Shown: positions 1 to 8,445, counted from the first letter of the stretch. The stretch: 32,000 nucleotides of DNA from Nitrosopumilus maritimus SCM1 (GCF_000018465.1 NC_010085.1:1140001-1172000), one strand, 5' to 3'. Numbers and translations are program-made. Notes: generated by a model from the letters alone, not told the origin.

Positions 1-342
1 TCTCAGAGACCTCGAAGTGTAGATCTTAATGTTCTCAGTCAGATGGGCTCTTTTGCAATAATGAAGATAATTCAAGAAGATGATCAGCGCCAAATAGCCT
101 CAGCAACAGAGTCAACTAGCCGTGAATTGATTGCTCAGTTGACCTCACTGAATGTGGGTGATGCAGTTCTAGTAGGACAATGGACAAATTTGCCATCACT
201 AGTACATGTTGAAGAAGTAAAAGAAAAAATCATGGGAGCAGACCAAAGTGCAGTAAATGCTTGGGCCAATGCAGAAAAGATGAAAGAAGTTGCAGTAGAA
301 TCAACACAAGGACTCGTTCAAAAAGATTTGTTATTAGACTGA
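1..342 (+). CDS. herA: HerA-type bipolar DNA helicase/ATPase, C-terminal part (truncated by window start)
   Basis: Frame 1 is open from base 1 (SQRPRSVDLNVLSQMGSFAIMKIIQEDDQRQIASATESTSRELIAQLTSLNVGDAVLVGQ...), typical of a HerA C-terminus, and lies directly upstream of mre11-rad50. The tracked ORF start at 43 is internal. Confidence 0.8.
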   Translation, partial: SQRPRSVDLNVLSQMGSFAIMKIIQEDDQRQIASATESTSRELIAQLTSLNVGDAVLVGQWTNLPSLVHVEEVKEKIMGADQSAVNAWANAEKMKEVAVESTQGLVQKDLLLD

Positions 343-1484
343 TGCAGTTTTCACATATTTCAGATACTCATTTAGGATTAGTACAGTATGGTTCAGAAGA
401 ACGTGCACAAGATGTCTATGATGTGTTTAACCAAGCAATTGACACGTCAATTAAAGATCATGTTGATTTTGTAATATTTGCAGGGGACATTTTTCATGTT
501 CCAAATCCAAACGGCACTGCAATTGTACAGATGGCAAATGGGTTAAAGCGATTAAAACAAAACAACATAGATTCATTTTTCATTTTAGGAGAACATGATA
601 TTAGTAGAATTAGAACAACACCCATTCCCTATGTATACCACAATTTAGAATTCTCAAAGTATATTGGTCAAGGAAAACCAATAGAGTACAAAGGAGTTCT
701 TCTTGCAGGTTTTGATAAGATAAGAAAAACAGAAATTCCTCAATACGAAGAAAAGTTTGCAGAAGTAGACAAAGCTGCTCAAAACTTTTCAGGACATAAA
801 ATTTTAGTTTTACATCAAGGCATAACAGAGTTTAACAAATTTGCAGGAGAGTTGCAATCAACTGATCTTCCAAAAAATTTTACATATTATGCAATGGGGC
901 ATCTTCATGATACAGATGTTAAAAAATTCAATCATCTAAATGGACCAATTGCATATCCGGGTTCAATTGAACTTACAACAAGTGAAGGAATCAAAGAAAC
1001 AAAGAAAGGATTCTTCGAAGTAGATATTTCAGGACAAGAAGCAAATCCAAACTGGATTGAACTTGATACAAGACCACAGTTTTCATTCAAGACAGATTAT
1101 CAAGAGATATCAAAGACCATAGATGAAATTTCAGAGAAAATTACTAGTCTTTCAAAAAAGCCTATCGTGGAGGTCAACATTCAAGGTGAAAACATAGAGA
1201 CGGACCACATCCAGGCACAAATTGCCAGGCTCAACTCCATAGTTTTGAGATGTTTTTGGCGAATCAGTACAAAGCAAGTTTCAGATTCATCAGTATTCCT
1301 AGACAAACCAAACATCATAGATGATGAGATGTTTAGACTTTCAGTTGATGCATTAGGCTCAGAGCAGGCTGCCAATCTTGCCATCAAGGAACTTCTACCA
1401 GTTTTATCATCAGGACAAATTCAAGAAGCATCGCAGATAATCATTGAAAATTTTGAAAAATTCAAAAAGGAGAGAAAACAATGA
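342..1484 (+). CDS. mre11: DNA double-strand break repair exonuclease Mre11
   Basis: MQFSHISDTHLGLVQYG, FAGDIFHV, ...GEHD..., MGHLH phosphoesterase motifs. Start at 342 overlaps the upstream stop (TGATG); the tracked 261 start adds an unrelated N-terminus. Confidence 0.9.
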   Translation: MQFSHISDTHLGLVQYGSEERAQDVYDVFNQAIDTSIKDHVDFVIFAGDIFHVPNPNGTAIVQMANGLKRLKQNNIDSFFILGEHDISRIRTTPIPYVYHNLEFSKYIGQGKPIEYKGVLLAGFDKIRKTEIPQYEEKFAEVDKAAQNFSGHKILVLHQGITEFNKFAGELQSTDLPKNFTYYAMGHLHDTDVKKFNHLNGPIAYPGSIELTTSEGIKETKKGFFEVDISGQEANPNWIELDTRPQFSFKTDYQEISKTIDEISEKITSLSKKPIVEVNIQGENIETDHIQAQIARLNSIVLRCFWRISTKQVSDSSVFLDKPNIIDDEMFRLSVDALGSEQAANLAIKELLPVLSSGQIQEASQIIIENFEKFKKERKQ

Positions 1485-3562
1485 TCACATCAATTGAATT
1501 GGGGGATTTTTTAGCACATTCAGATACAAAACTAGAGTTTGATAACGGGGTAACTGTTTTTGTAGGACATAACGGTGCAGGAAAATCAAGTATTATTGAT
1601 GCAATTACATTTGCATTGTTTGGACAACATACAAGAAAATCAAACAAAGGGTTAATCAAACGTGGTGCAAATCAAGGATATTCCAAAGTAAATTTTTCAG
1701 TTAATGGAAAATCCTTTGAAGCTGTAAGAAAGATTGACAGTAAAGGAACTCTTTCAGCAAAATTCACTGAAATTGTAGGAGATGAAAAAATAGAGATTGC
1801 AGCAGGTGAACGAAAACAGTTTGGGGAATCAATGACTCAAGAAGTTGAAAAAGCAATTGGATTAGACTTTGAAAAATTAAAAGTTGCATCAATTGTACAA
1901 CAAGGAGAATTAAATGCAATAATCAATGCAAAACCAAAAGAGTTCAAAGAATTGCTGAATGCAATCATAGGGATTGACAAGCTTGATGTTGCTTCTGAAT
2001 CAATGAAGACCGTAAACAAAGAATTTCGTGAAAGCATTAGATCAAGAATTGGATATGATGATACACATATCGATATTTTGTCAAGAGAATTAGAAAAATA
2101 TCAAAACGAAATCAAGGAATCAGAGCCCCAAAAAATTCAATTAGAAAATAAACAAAAACAATTACAGAGTGAAGTTGAAGAGTTAAGGAAAAAAGTGGAA
2201 ACTGAAGCCCCAAAAATTGACAAACTCAATCAACTTGAAGCAAGAAAAAGAGAGTTAATTGAATATGCAAAAGAGGCAATTCATGAGATTCAGCAAGAAA
2301 TAAGCGAAAATGAGCGTAAAATACGTGATTGTGAGGGATGTTTTGAGTACGCTAGCCTCAAAGAGGATTTAGAGTCCAAAATTCAAAAAGTTGAGCAGGC
2401 AGTAGAGGAGACATTAAAGAAAATACAAGAGATGAAAAGCCAAACTGCATCGCTTAGAGAAAAGCAATCACTTGCTACAAAACTCCAGCTCAAGGACAAT
2501 AAATGTCCAGTATGTGATTCAGATGTAGAAAAGCTAAATCCATTATTCCAAGAAGAACACCTTAAACAAGAACTAAAAACACTTCAAGATCAAATTATCT
2601 TAAAAGAAAAAGAGCATCAGATGTACAATCAAAAAAGAAATGAATTCTCAGAAAAACTACAATCAGCAAGAGATGCAGAAGCAACCCTCAGAGCTCATTC
2701 AATTTCATCCAAAGAAGAATTAGATAAGATTCAAGAAGAAGTTAAGATAAAAAAAGAAAACATACAAAAAATTCCTTCAACTAATAATTCAAATTTAATT
2801 GAAATATCACAGATTGACTCTCATGCAAAGACAATTTTTGAAAATATTTCACAATTAGAATCAGAAACAAAGGGATTTGATGAGCAAGAATTCATTAATC
2901 TTAAAAAAAGTGTTAACGAAAAACAGATGAAACTATCAAATATTGATCAACAAATAGGAGCAATTTTAGAAAAGATTTCAAAAGGAGTTGAGCAAATCAA
3001 AATTTTTGAAAATGCAATTTCAGAATTAAAAGTTGTAAAAGAATATGTTACAAATCTTGATGATATACAGAATAATGTATTTAGCAGAGACGGTCCAGTA
3101 GCTACAAGTTTGAGATCATGGGCACTGAATGCAATTTCAGCAAAAGCATCAGAGTATCTTGCGTTACTTAACACAAAAATTCAAAGAATTCAACTTACTG
3201 AAAAGACAAGAGATATTTCAATAATATGTAATTCAAAGAGTGAGGAGTTAGATTTGGAATCACTTAGCGGAGGAGAAAAGGTCAGCGTAGCATTATCATT
3301 ACGATTGGGTATGGCAAATCTACTTGGAGGATCAAATCTTAACTTGATGATTCTAGATGAGCCTACAACCCACCTTGATGCTGAGAGAAAAAAATCACTA
3401 GTTAGTGTGCTGTCGCAGTTATCAAATATTTCAAATTCAGAAACACCAATGCAATTTATCATAATTACGCACGATGCAGAGATTTTTGAAGATTCTACAG
3501 TGGAACAAATTTACAAATTTGAATCATCTGAGCAAGGTAGCAGAGTCACATTACTCAATTGA
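1481..3562 (+). CDS. rad50: DNA double-strand break repair ATPase Rad50
   Basis: Walker A GHNGAGKSS, long coiled coil, zinc hook CPVC, signature LSGGEKVSVALSLRLG, Walker B LMILDEPTTHLD. ATGA overlap with mre11. Confidence 0.95.
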   Translation: MITSIELGDFLAHSDTKLEFDNGVTVFVGHNGAGKSSIIDAITFALFGQHTRKSNKGLIKRGANQGYSKVNFSVNGKSFEAVRKIDSKGTLSAKFTEIVGDEKIEIAAGERKQFGESMTQEVEKAIGLDFEKLKVASIVQQGELNAIINAKPKEFKELLNAIIGIDKLDVASESMKTVNKEFRESIRSRIGYDDTHIDILSRELEKYQNEIKESEPQKIQLENKQKQLQSEVEELRKKVETEAPKIDKLNQLEARKRELIEYAKEAIHEIQQEISENERKIRDCEGCFEYASLKEDLESKIQKVEQAVEETLKKIQEMKSQTASLREKQSLATKLQLKDNKCPVCDSDVEKLNPLFQEEHLKQELKTLQDQIILKEKEHQMYNQKRNEFSEKLQSARDAEATLRAHSISSKEELDKIQEEVKIKKENIQKIPSTNNSNLIEISQIDSHAKTIFENISQLESETKGFDEQEFINLKKSVNEKQMKLSNIDQQIGAILEKISKGVEQIKIFENAISELKVVKEYVTNLDDIQNNVFSRDGPVATSLRSWALNAISAKASEYLALLNTKIQRIQLTEKTRDISIICNSKSEELDLESLSGGEKVSVALSLRLGMANLLGGSNLNLMILDEPTTHLDAERKKSLVSVLSQLSNISNSETPMQFIIITHDAEIFEDSTVEQIYKFESSEQGSRVTLLN

Positions 3563-3574
3563 GCACAAACTAAG

Positions 3575-3610
3575 GCATACCGCAAAAGGATTGGTATTAT
3601 GATATATCAC
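3575..3610. repeat. Copy A of GCATACCGCAAAWGGATTGGTATTRTSATATATCAC element
   Basis: Direct sequence match to copies at 7071 and 7247 with few substitutions. Confidence 0.85.
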
Positions 3611-3627
3611 CACTCGTGTTGTACTCT

Positions 3628-4143
3628 ATGAATCAACAAACACTCACATCAGGAAAAGAAAACGACAGTAGTTTTTTAGAGTCATCTTCTAGTCGTTGCT
3701 TTTCATTCGTTTTTTCCTTACCAAACGAGACCGTCAATACCCCTGCATCTGATGTGAGGTTTGTTTTTTCAAATACAAAACCCATAGACATCAGATTTTT
3801 CTTAGATGATAATGGAGAGATTCATTCTAGTTTAAGAATAGTTCCAGAATCAAAACAGAAAACAAAACAAGAAAATATGTTGATCTCTAAAAAAGAGATA
3901 AAAGAAAATAATGAAAAAACATTAGAAGAAATTAAGAATACATCAATAGAAAAAATAGATTTAGAGTCTACGCCAGAAATACCAAAAGTTCGAAAGAGAG
4001 GAAGACCAAAGGGTTCTAAAAACAAGAAAACAAAAACAATTCCAGATGAAAAGAAATTTCAGCAAGAATGGTTTGAGACAAATGCAGAGTTTAAAGCAAG
4101 AGTTGCTGAAGAGATGAAAGTAATTAACGCTCAAGCAGCATAG
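3628..4143 (+). CDS. Hypothetical protein with AT-hook-like KRGRPKGSKNKK segment
   Basis: ORF open from 3616. ATG at 3628 lies 24-26 nt downstream of GATATATC (3601-3608), consistent with a leaderless start. C-terminal half is charged. Confidence 0.65.
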   Translation: MNQQTLTSGKENDSSFLESSSSRCFSFVFSLPNETVNTPASDVRFVFSNTKPIDIRFFLDDNGEIHSSLRIVPESKQKTKQENMLISKKEIKENNEKTLEEIKNTSIEKIDLESTPEIPKVRKRGRPKGSKNKKTKTIPDEKKFQQEWFETNAEFKARVAEEMKVINAQAA

Positions 4144-4196
4144 GTGATAAAAAATTTAATTAAATAAATGCATACAGGTAACTAAATTGGGGCAAA

Positions 4197-5837
4197 ATGG
4201 CATTAGGAAAAAATAAAATTTTATGGGGATTATTAGGATTAATCATAATATCGGTTATAGTCACAGGATTCTACATTAATGATTTTACAAAAACAAACAT
4301 TCGTGAATCACTAATTGAAGAAAAAACTGAAATCCAAATGATTATGACCAAAAGTCTTGCAGCATCTGTTAATTCAGAGTTTCAGAGACTTTTGACAGAT
4401 ATGAAAACTATTTCAGAATCTGCACAAGTTCAAGAAAGTCTAACAAGTAGTCAAACACAAGAATATCTTTCAAACAGATGGAATAATATTAATTCAATTA
4501 CAAAGATCTCAGACATATTTTTGACAGATGACTCACTTACAATAGTATCACAGGTAAATGATGAAAAATTTCGCCTAGTGGGATTAAATTTGCAAAATAT
4601 TCAATCTAGTGAAGAATTCAAGGCTAAACCAGGGTATTCAGGAGAGATATTTAGCACAGATGGGATTTATCGAGTACTTGTATCAAGCCCAATTATTGAT
4701 TCAGAATCAGGGGAATTCAAAGGGATTGTGTTTGGGATAGTTGAACCATCAGAAATCATCTCAAAATATATCGGAATTTATGAAATTGACATATCATCGA
4801 TTACCATATTTGATGAAAATCAAAAAATCCTATTTGCTGAAAATACTGATTTACTTGGAAAAGAATTTTCAAGTTATTTTGCACAAAGATATTTTGGGGA
4901 AAATGAAATTCAAAATTCTCATTATGAAAATATTTTCTTAGGAAATACAGATTCATTTGTGTATGAAGCACATAGATTTGGAGATGTGATAAGCACAGGA
5001 ACTCCTGTATCAATAGAAGAAAAAAACAGATTCTTTTTCTTTGTAACAACTCCAGTAAATCAAATAGTTGAAGATATTGAAGACAATCTATTTGTTGAGG
5101 ATCTAAAGAATAATTTAATTTTATTTATAATAACAATTTTGTTTATTGTGATTGTCATTAAACGAGTTAGATCGATTGAAAATGAAAAACTGTTAGTCAT
5201 AGGACAGCTTGCATCAAACATTGCACATGATATAAGAAATCCTCTTGGAACTATACGTAGTTCAGTTACAAGAATTGAGAAACAAAATGAAACAATAAAT
5301 GAAACAATAAATCAAGAAACAGAAAGAATCAAACGCTCAGTTGCAAGAATGAATCACCAAGTAGAAAGTGTCTTAAATTATGTAAGAACAACTCCCCTCA
5401 ATTTATCTGAAAACTCACTAAATGATTTAATTCAATCATCTATAAACTCACTTGTCATCCCAAAAAATATTGAACTTAACATTCCAAAAGAAGACATAAA
5501 ATTTGAATGTGATTCAGATAAATTCAAAGTTGTTTTTGAGAATCTACTGCTAAATGCAGTTCAGTCAATTGATTCAAAAGAAGGTAAAATTAGCATAAAT
5601 TCAAACCAAAACGAAAAAGAAATTACAATATCATTTGAGAATTCGGGTCCAAATATTACAGAAGAAAACATTTCAAAAATTTTCAGGCCACTCTTTACCT
5701 CAAAACTTAAAGGAACAGGACTTGGTCTTTCAAGTTGCCAGAACATTATCACGCAACATCAAGGTACAATTTTGGTGACAAATAATCCAGTAACATTTAC
5801 CATTAAAATCCCAAAAAATTTAAGGAAAGAAAAGTAA
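4197..5837 (+). CDS. Membrane sensor histidine kinase (extracytoplasmic Cache-like sensor, HisKA, HATPase_c)
   Basis: Two TM segments flanking a ~280 aa outer domain; H-box IASNIAHDIRNPLGTIRS; N-box FENLLLNAVQSI; G-box GTGLGLSSCQNI. Confidence 0.9.
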   Translation: MALGKNKILWGLLGLIIISVIVTGFYINDFTKTNIRESLIEEKTEIQMIMTKSLAASVNSEFQRLLTDMKTISESAQVQESLTSSQTQEYLSNRWNNINSITKISDIFLTDDSLTIVSQVNDEKFRLVGLNLQNIQSSEEFKAKPGYSGEIFSTDGIYRVLVSSPIIDSESGEFKGIVFGIVEPSEIISKYIGIYEIDISSITIFDENQKILFAENTDLLGKEFSSYFAQRYFGENEIQNSHYENIFLGNTDSFVYEAHRFGDVISTGTPVSIEEKNRFFFFVTTPVNQIVEDIEDNLFVEDLKNNLILFIITILFIVIVIKRVRSIENEKLLVIGQLASNIAHDIRNPLGTIRSSVTRIEKQNETINETINQETERIKRSVARMNHQVESVLNYVRTTPLNLSENSLNDLIQSSINSLVIPKNIELNIPKEDIKFECDSDKFKVVFENLLLNAVQSIDSKEGKISINSNQNEKEITISFENSGPNITEENISKIFRPLFTSKLKGTGLGLSSCQNIITQHQGTILVTNNPVTFTIKIPKNLRKEK

Positions 5838-5847
5838 TCGGATAGAA

Positions 5848-6222
5848 TTGGAAAGAGCCACTAAGATCCTACTAGTAGATGATGACTCAGATTACTTGGA
5901 AGTTACACAGTTAATGTTAATGGATGAAGGTTATGATGTCATACCTGCCATCAATGGAGAAGACGGCATAACAAAATTTCGAGAATCAAAGCCAGATATC
6001 GTATTCTTAGACATAAAGATGCCAGGAATTGATGGATATGAAGCATTTTTTCGAATAAAAAAGATAGATTCAGATGCAAAAATTGTGTTTGCGTCAAGCT
6101 ATGCATTAGAAAATGAAAAATACAAAAAAGCAAAAGAGATGGATTTGTGTGGAATCATTAACAAACCTGCAGATTTTGATGAGTATGAAAAAATGATAAA
6201 AAAATATGCAAAAAACGATTAA
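5848..6222 (+). CDS. Single-domain response regulator receiver protein (probable TTG start)
   Basis: KILLVDDDSDYLEV, phosphoacceptor IVFLDIKMPGIDG, FASSYA, INKPADFDE. No output domain. 10 nt after the histidine kinase. Confidence 0.85.
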   Translation: MERATKILLVDDDSDYLEVTQLMLMDEGYDVIPAINGEDGITKFRESKPDIVFLDIKMPGIDGYEAFFRIKKIDSDAKIVFASSYALENEKYKKAKEMDLCGIINKPADFDEYEKMIKKYAKND

Positions 6223-7073
6223 AAAATTCCAGAGTTTTTCAAGATTTTAGTTCTATCTTTAAAATAGAGTTCAGATTCCTTAAAAAATTCCTTATACCAA
6301 GTTGCAATTTCTTTGTCCTTTTTAAAAATTGCATGTAATTTTTCAACGCCAGAAAGAGTATTTTTCCCCTTTCTTTGATTTTGATATAGAATACAAGTGT
6401 AAAACCAGTACGAGATTTGTTCAGAAAGATCTTTTTCAGAAATGAATTCATAAAATTTTCTATATTTGAAATTCAAATATGACATTAGTTCATACAAAGG
6501 TGATTTTTCCAAAGATAGTTCAGGATTATCAAGTAGTAATCCTCTTGCAAGAATTTGAATTTTATAAACATCATCATCTACTAGGGATTTTAGAAATTCC
6601 CATTTTCCAAAAAGTTTTGGCATAAAAATAGCATATTTTGCTGCCATTTGATCAATTTCTTTTTTACTTAAATTCAAGACATCAAGACAATAAAGAATTC
6701 CTGGAAGTGATAGTCGGTATGTATCAGAATATCCTTTGTTGAACTTTTGACCATCGTTAATTACTAAACCTAATTCCATTATTCCAGAAGAGTGTTTACC
6801 TCTATCAGTACGTCCTTTGATTAATCGTCTATACTCTTTTTCTTTTGTTCTAATTGTAGAAACATCATTTGGATGTTTTATCTTTGCCATTTCCCATGTA
6901 GTACAAGTTCCATGAAGAAACAACACATGTAACAATTTTTGGACATTTTCATGATGTTTGATTTTTTTAATTGAAGAGAACCTATCACCATAAAGTCTAT
7001 GAACAGTGGGCCTAAGATAGAATTTGTATGAATATAGATTTCCATATTTTGTAGTATTTTCTTCTGTAGACAT
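6219..7073 (-). CDS. Hypothetical protein, possible winged-helix-like N-terminal region
   Basis: 284 aa ORF; ATG at 7073 lies 27 nt from the TATATAT in repeat copy B. Stop overlaps the receiver gene stop by 4 nt (convergent). Confidence 0.7.
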   Translation of the reverse strand: MSTEENTTKYGNLYSYKFYLRPTVHRLYGDRFSSIKKIKHHENVQKLLHVLFLHGTCTTWEMAKIKHPNDVSTIRTKEKEYRRLIKGRTDRGKHSSGIMELGLVINDGQKFNKGYSDTYRLSLPGILYCLDVLNLSKKEIDQMAAKYAIFMPKLFGKWEFLKSLVDDDVYKIQILARGLLLDNPELSLEKSPLYELMSYLNFKYRKFYEFISEKDLSEQISYWFYTCILYQNQRKGKNTLSGVEKLHAIFKKDKEIATWYKEFFKESELYFKDRTKILKNSGIF

Positions 7074-7103
7074 ACCGCAAATGGATTGGTATTGTCATAT
7101 ATA
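7071..7103. repeat. Copy B of CATACCGCAAATGGATTGGTATTGTCATATAT element
   Basis: Identical to copy C over about 32 nt. Overlaps the start codon of the minus-strand gene 6219-7073. Confidence 0.9.
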
Positions 7104-7246
7104 ACAATTATCTAAATTAATCAAACGCCCCAAATGACAGCCAGGTCGATTTTTTTATGGCCCGGCAGTCCTATTTCGTTCCTAATTTTCCAAAATAATT
7201 TAAAAAAATATACAACGTAAAAATTCATTCAAAATCAATCAAAAGC

Positions 7247-7281
7247 CATACCGCAAATGGATTGGTATTGTCATATATCAC
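7247..7281. repeat. Copy C of CATACCGCAAATGGATTGGTATTGTCATATATCAC element
   Basis: Identical to copy B over CATACCGCAAATGGATTGGTATTGTCATATAT. Partial CATACCGCA also at 7504-7512. Confidence 0.9.
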
Positions 7282-7314
7282 TTATCTGTAGTAATAATAG
7301 AAATTCATGTTATC

Positions 7315-7340
7315 CTTGGGGGGAAGAAATTCCTCCCAAG
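7315..7340 (+). promoter_or_regulatory. Predicted 11-bp RNA hairpin with GAAA tetraloop in the 5' leader of the 42-aa zinc-ribbon ORF
   Basis: CTTGGGGGGAA-GAAA-TTCCTCCCAAG: all 11 positions pair (one G-U), GNRA-type loop; 10 nt before GGAG and 20 nt before ATG. Confidence 0.6.
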
Positions 7341-7359
7341 TCCTATTTCGGAGAAAAAA

Positions 7360-7488
7360 ATGCCAAATACAATATGCAGAACATGCGGAATCGAAATATG
7401 GGAATCGTATAATTATTGTTCAAAACACATGCCAGAATTTTTAGATTGTTTCTACAAAAATTTACAATCACAAAAAACATTCAGATAA
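7360..7488 (+). CDS. Small CxxC zinc-ribbon-like protein, 42 aa (absent from ORF track)
   Basis: MPNTICRTCGIEIWESYNYCSKHMPEFLDCFYKNLQSQKTFR*. SD-like GGAG at 7350-7353. Confidence 0.6.
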   Translation: MPNTICRTCGIEIWESYNYCSKHMPEFLDCFYKNLQSQKTFR

Positions 7489-7555
7489 AAAACTAATCAA
7501 TAGCATACCGCATTAACTTCAATTAATCTTTAAAACCAAAATTTACATAACAATC

Positions 7556-7702
7556 ATGAAAGAAAATCAAAAATTATGTATTATCTGTAATCACTCTTCA
7601 AGAGTAACAGATCCTTGGTGCGTTAATTGTGGAACAGATTTTTCAATCTGTTTTCATCAAACACAATCTAGATTTATCCACACTGTAAGATTAATGAATT
7701 AA
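7556..7702 (+). CDS. Small double-CxxC zinc-ribbon-like protein, 48 aa (absent from ORF track)
   Basis: MKENQKLCIICNHSSRVTDPWCVNCGTDFSICFHQTQSRFIHTVRLMN*. TTTAAAA at about 7530 is ~25 nt upstream of ATG (leaderless-type promoter). Confidence 0.65.
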   Translation: MKENQKLCIICNHSSRVTDPWCVNCGTDFSICFHQTQSRFIHTVRLMN

Positions 7703-7716
7703 GTTATTAGAATAAA

Positions 7717-8445
7717 TTATTCCACGTGAATTATACCAGTCATCCAAGGATGAACCATACAAAAGTAATCATAGGTTCCTGTTTCTTCAAATGTGAATTC
7801 AAAAGTTCCACCAGACATGAACAAACCTGAATCAAATACTCCAGTAGGTCCTGCACTTACATTTCCACTAGTTACAGTATGTGCTGCAGTGTCATCATTA
7901 CTCCAAGTAACGGTTGTACCAACTGCTACAGTTGCTTCATAAGGTAAATAGCATTCATTAGTTTCCTCACATCCAGGAACACCTGAACCTTCAGGTGCAG
8001 AAATAGTTAGTGACATTGGTAAATCAGATTGTGTTTCTGGCTCAGGCTCTGGTTCAGGAATTGGTTCTGGCTCAGGCTCTGGTTCAGGAATTGGTTCTGG
8101 CTCAGGCTCTGGTTCAGGAATTGGTTCTGGCTCAGGCTCTGGTTCAGGAATTGGTTCTGGCTCAGGCTCTGGTTCAGGAATTGGTTCTGGCTCAGGCTCT
8201 GCGATAACACATTCACCTACATAATCTAGTTTGACATTAGCAGCATCCAACATACAAGAATTACCGTAAGTTTCACCATCAACTCCACACATTGGATCCC
8301 ATTGCATAGTACAAGCAATTGGTTGTTCTTCAACTGTTCTAGGTTCAATAATCTCATCAGGAGACATTGAAATTAATCCAACTGAGATTGCAACTAAAAT
8401 TCCAACTGCAGCTATAATTCCATAAGAAAAATTCATCTCATCCAC
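7717..8445 (-). CDS. Membrane-anchored/secreted protein: Kazal-like domain + ([10 protein letters not shown])n linker + type 1 copper cupredoxin domain
   Basis: N-terminal TM; [36 protein letters not shown] fits Kazal C-x-P-x-CG-x-DG-x-TY-x-N-x-C; C-terminal AHTVTSG...[13 protein letters not shown] has His, Cys, His, Met ligands. Confidence 0.85.
   Translation of the reverse strand: MDEMNFSYGIIAAVGILVAISVGLISMSPDEIIEPRTVEEQPIACTMQWDPMCGVDGETYGNSCMLDAANVKLDYVGECVIAEPEPEPIPEPEPEPEPIPEPEPEPEPIPEPEPEPEPIPEPEPEPEPIPEPEPEPETQSDLPMSLTISAPEGSGVPGCEETNECYLPYEATVAVGTTVTWSNDDTAAHTVTSGNVSAGPTGVFDSGLFMSGGTFEFTFEETGTYDYFCMVHPWMTGIIHVE
8035..8200 (-). repeat. Perfect 30-bp tandem repeat (~5.5 copies) coding [10 protein letters not shown]
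   Basis: Unit ctcaggctctggttcaggaattggttctgg repeated identically at 8041, 8071, 8101, 8131, 8161 and partially at 8191. Confidence 0.95.

Noticed and set aside
261-341. Upstream N-terminal extension of Mre11 ORF (MGQCRKDERSCSRINTRTRSKRFVIRL)
   Set aside because: It overlaps the herA frame and is not Mre11-like; the real start MQFSHISDTHLG is at 342.
1181-3462. Minus-strand ORFs within mre11/rad50
   Set aside because: Antisense to well-supported repair genes, no recognisable domain.
7071-7281. CRISPR-like or IS-end interpretation of the GCATACCGCAAATGG element
   Set aside because: Only three widely and irregularly spaced copies, no cas or transposase genes, and the placement fits promoters better.
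8035-8200. Possible CRISPR array because of regular 30-bp repeats
   Set aside because: Units are directly contiguous with no unique spacers and are in-frame coding sequence.
8007-8229. ORFs on all frames across the 30-bp repeat (8007..8216 -, 8010..8207 +, 8029..8229 +)
   Set aside because: Frame openness is a by-product of the 30-bp periodic repeat; only the minus frame within 7717-8445 has signal peptide and domain context.
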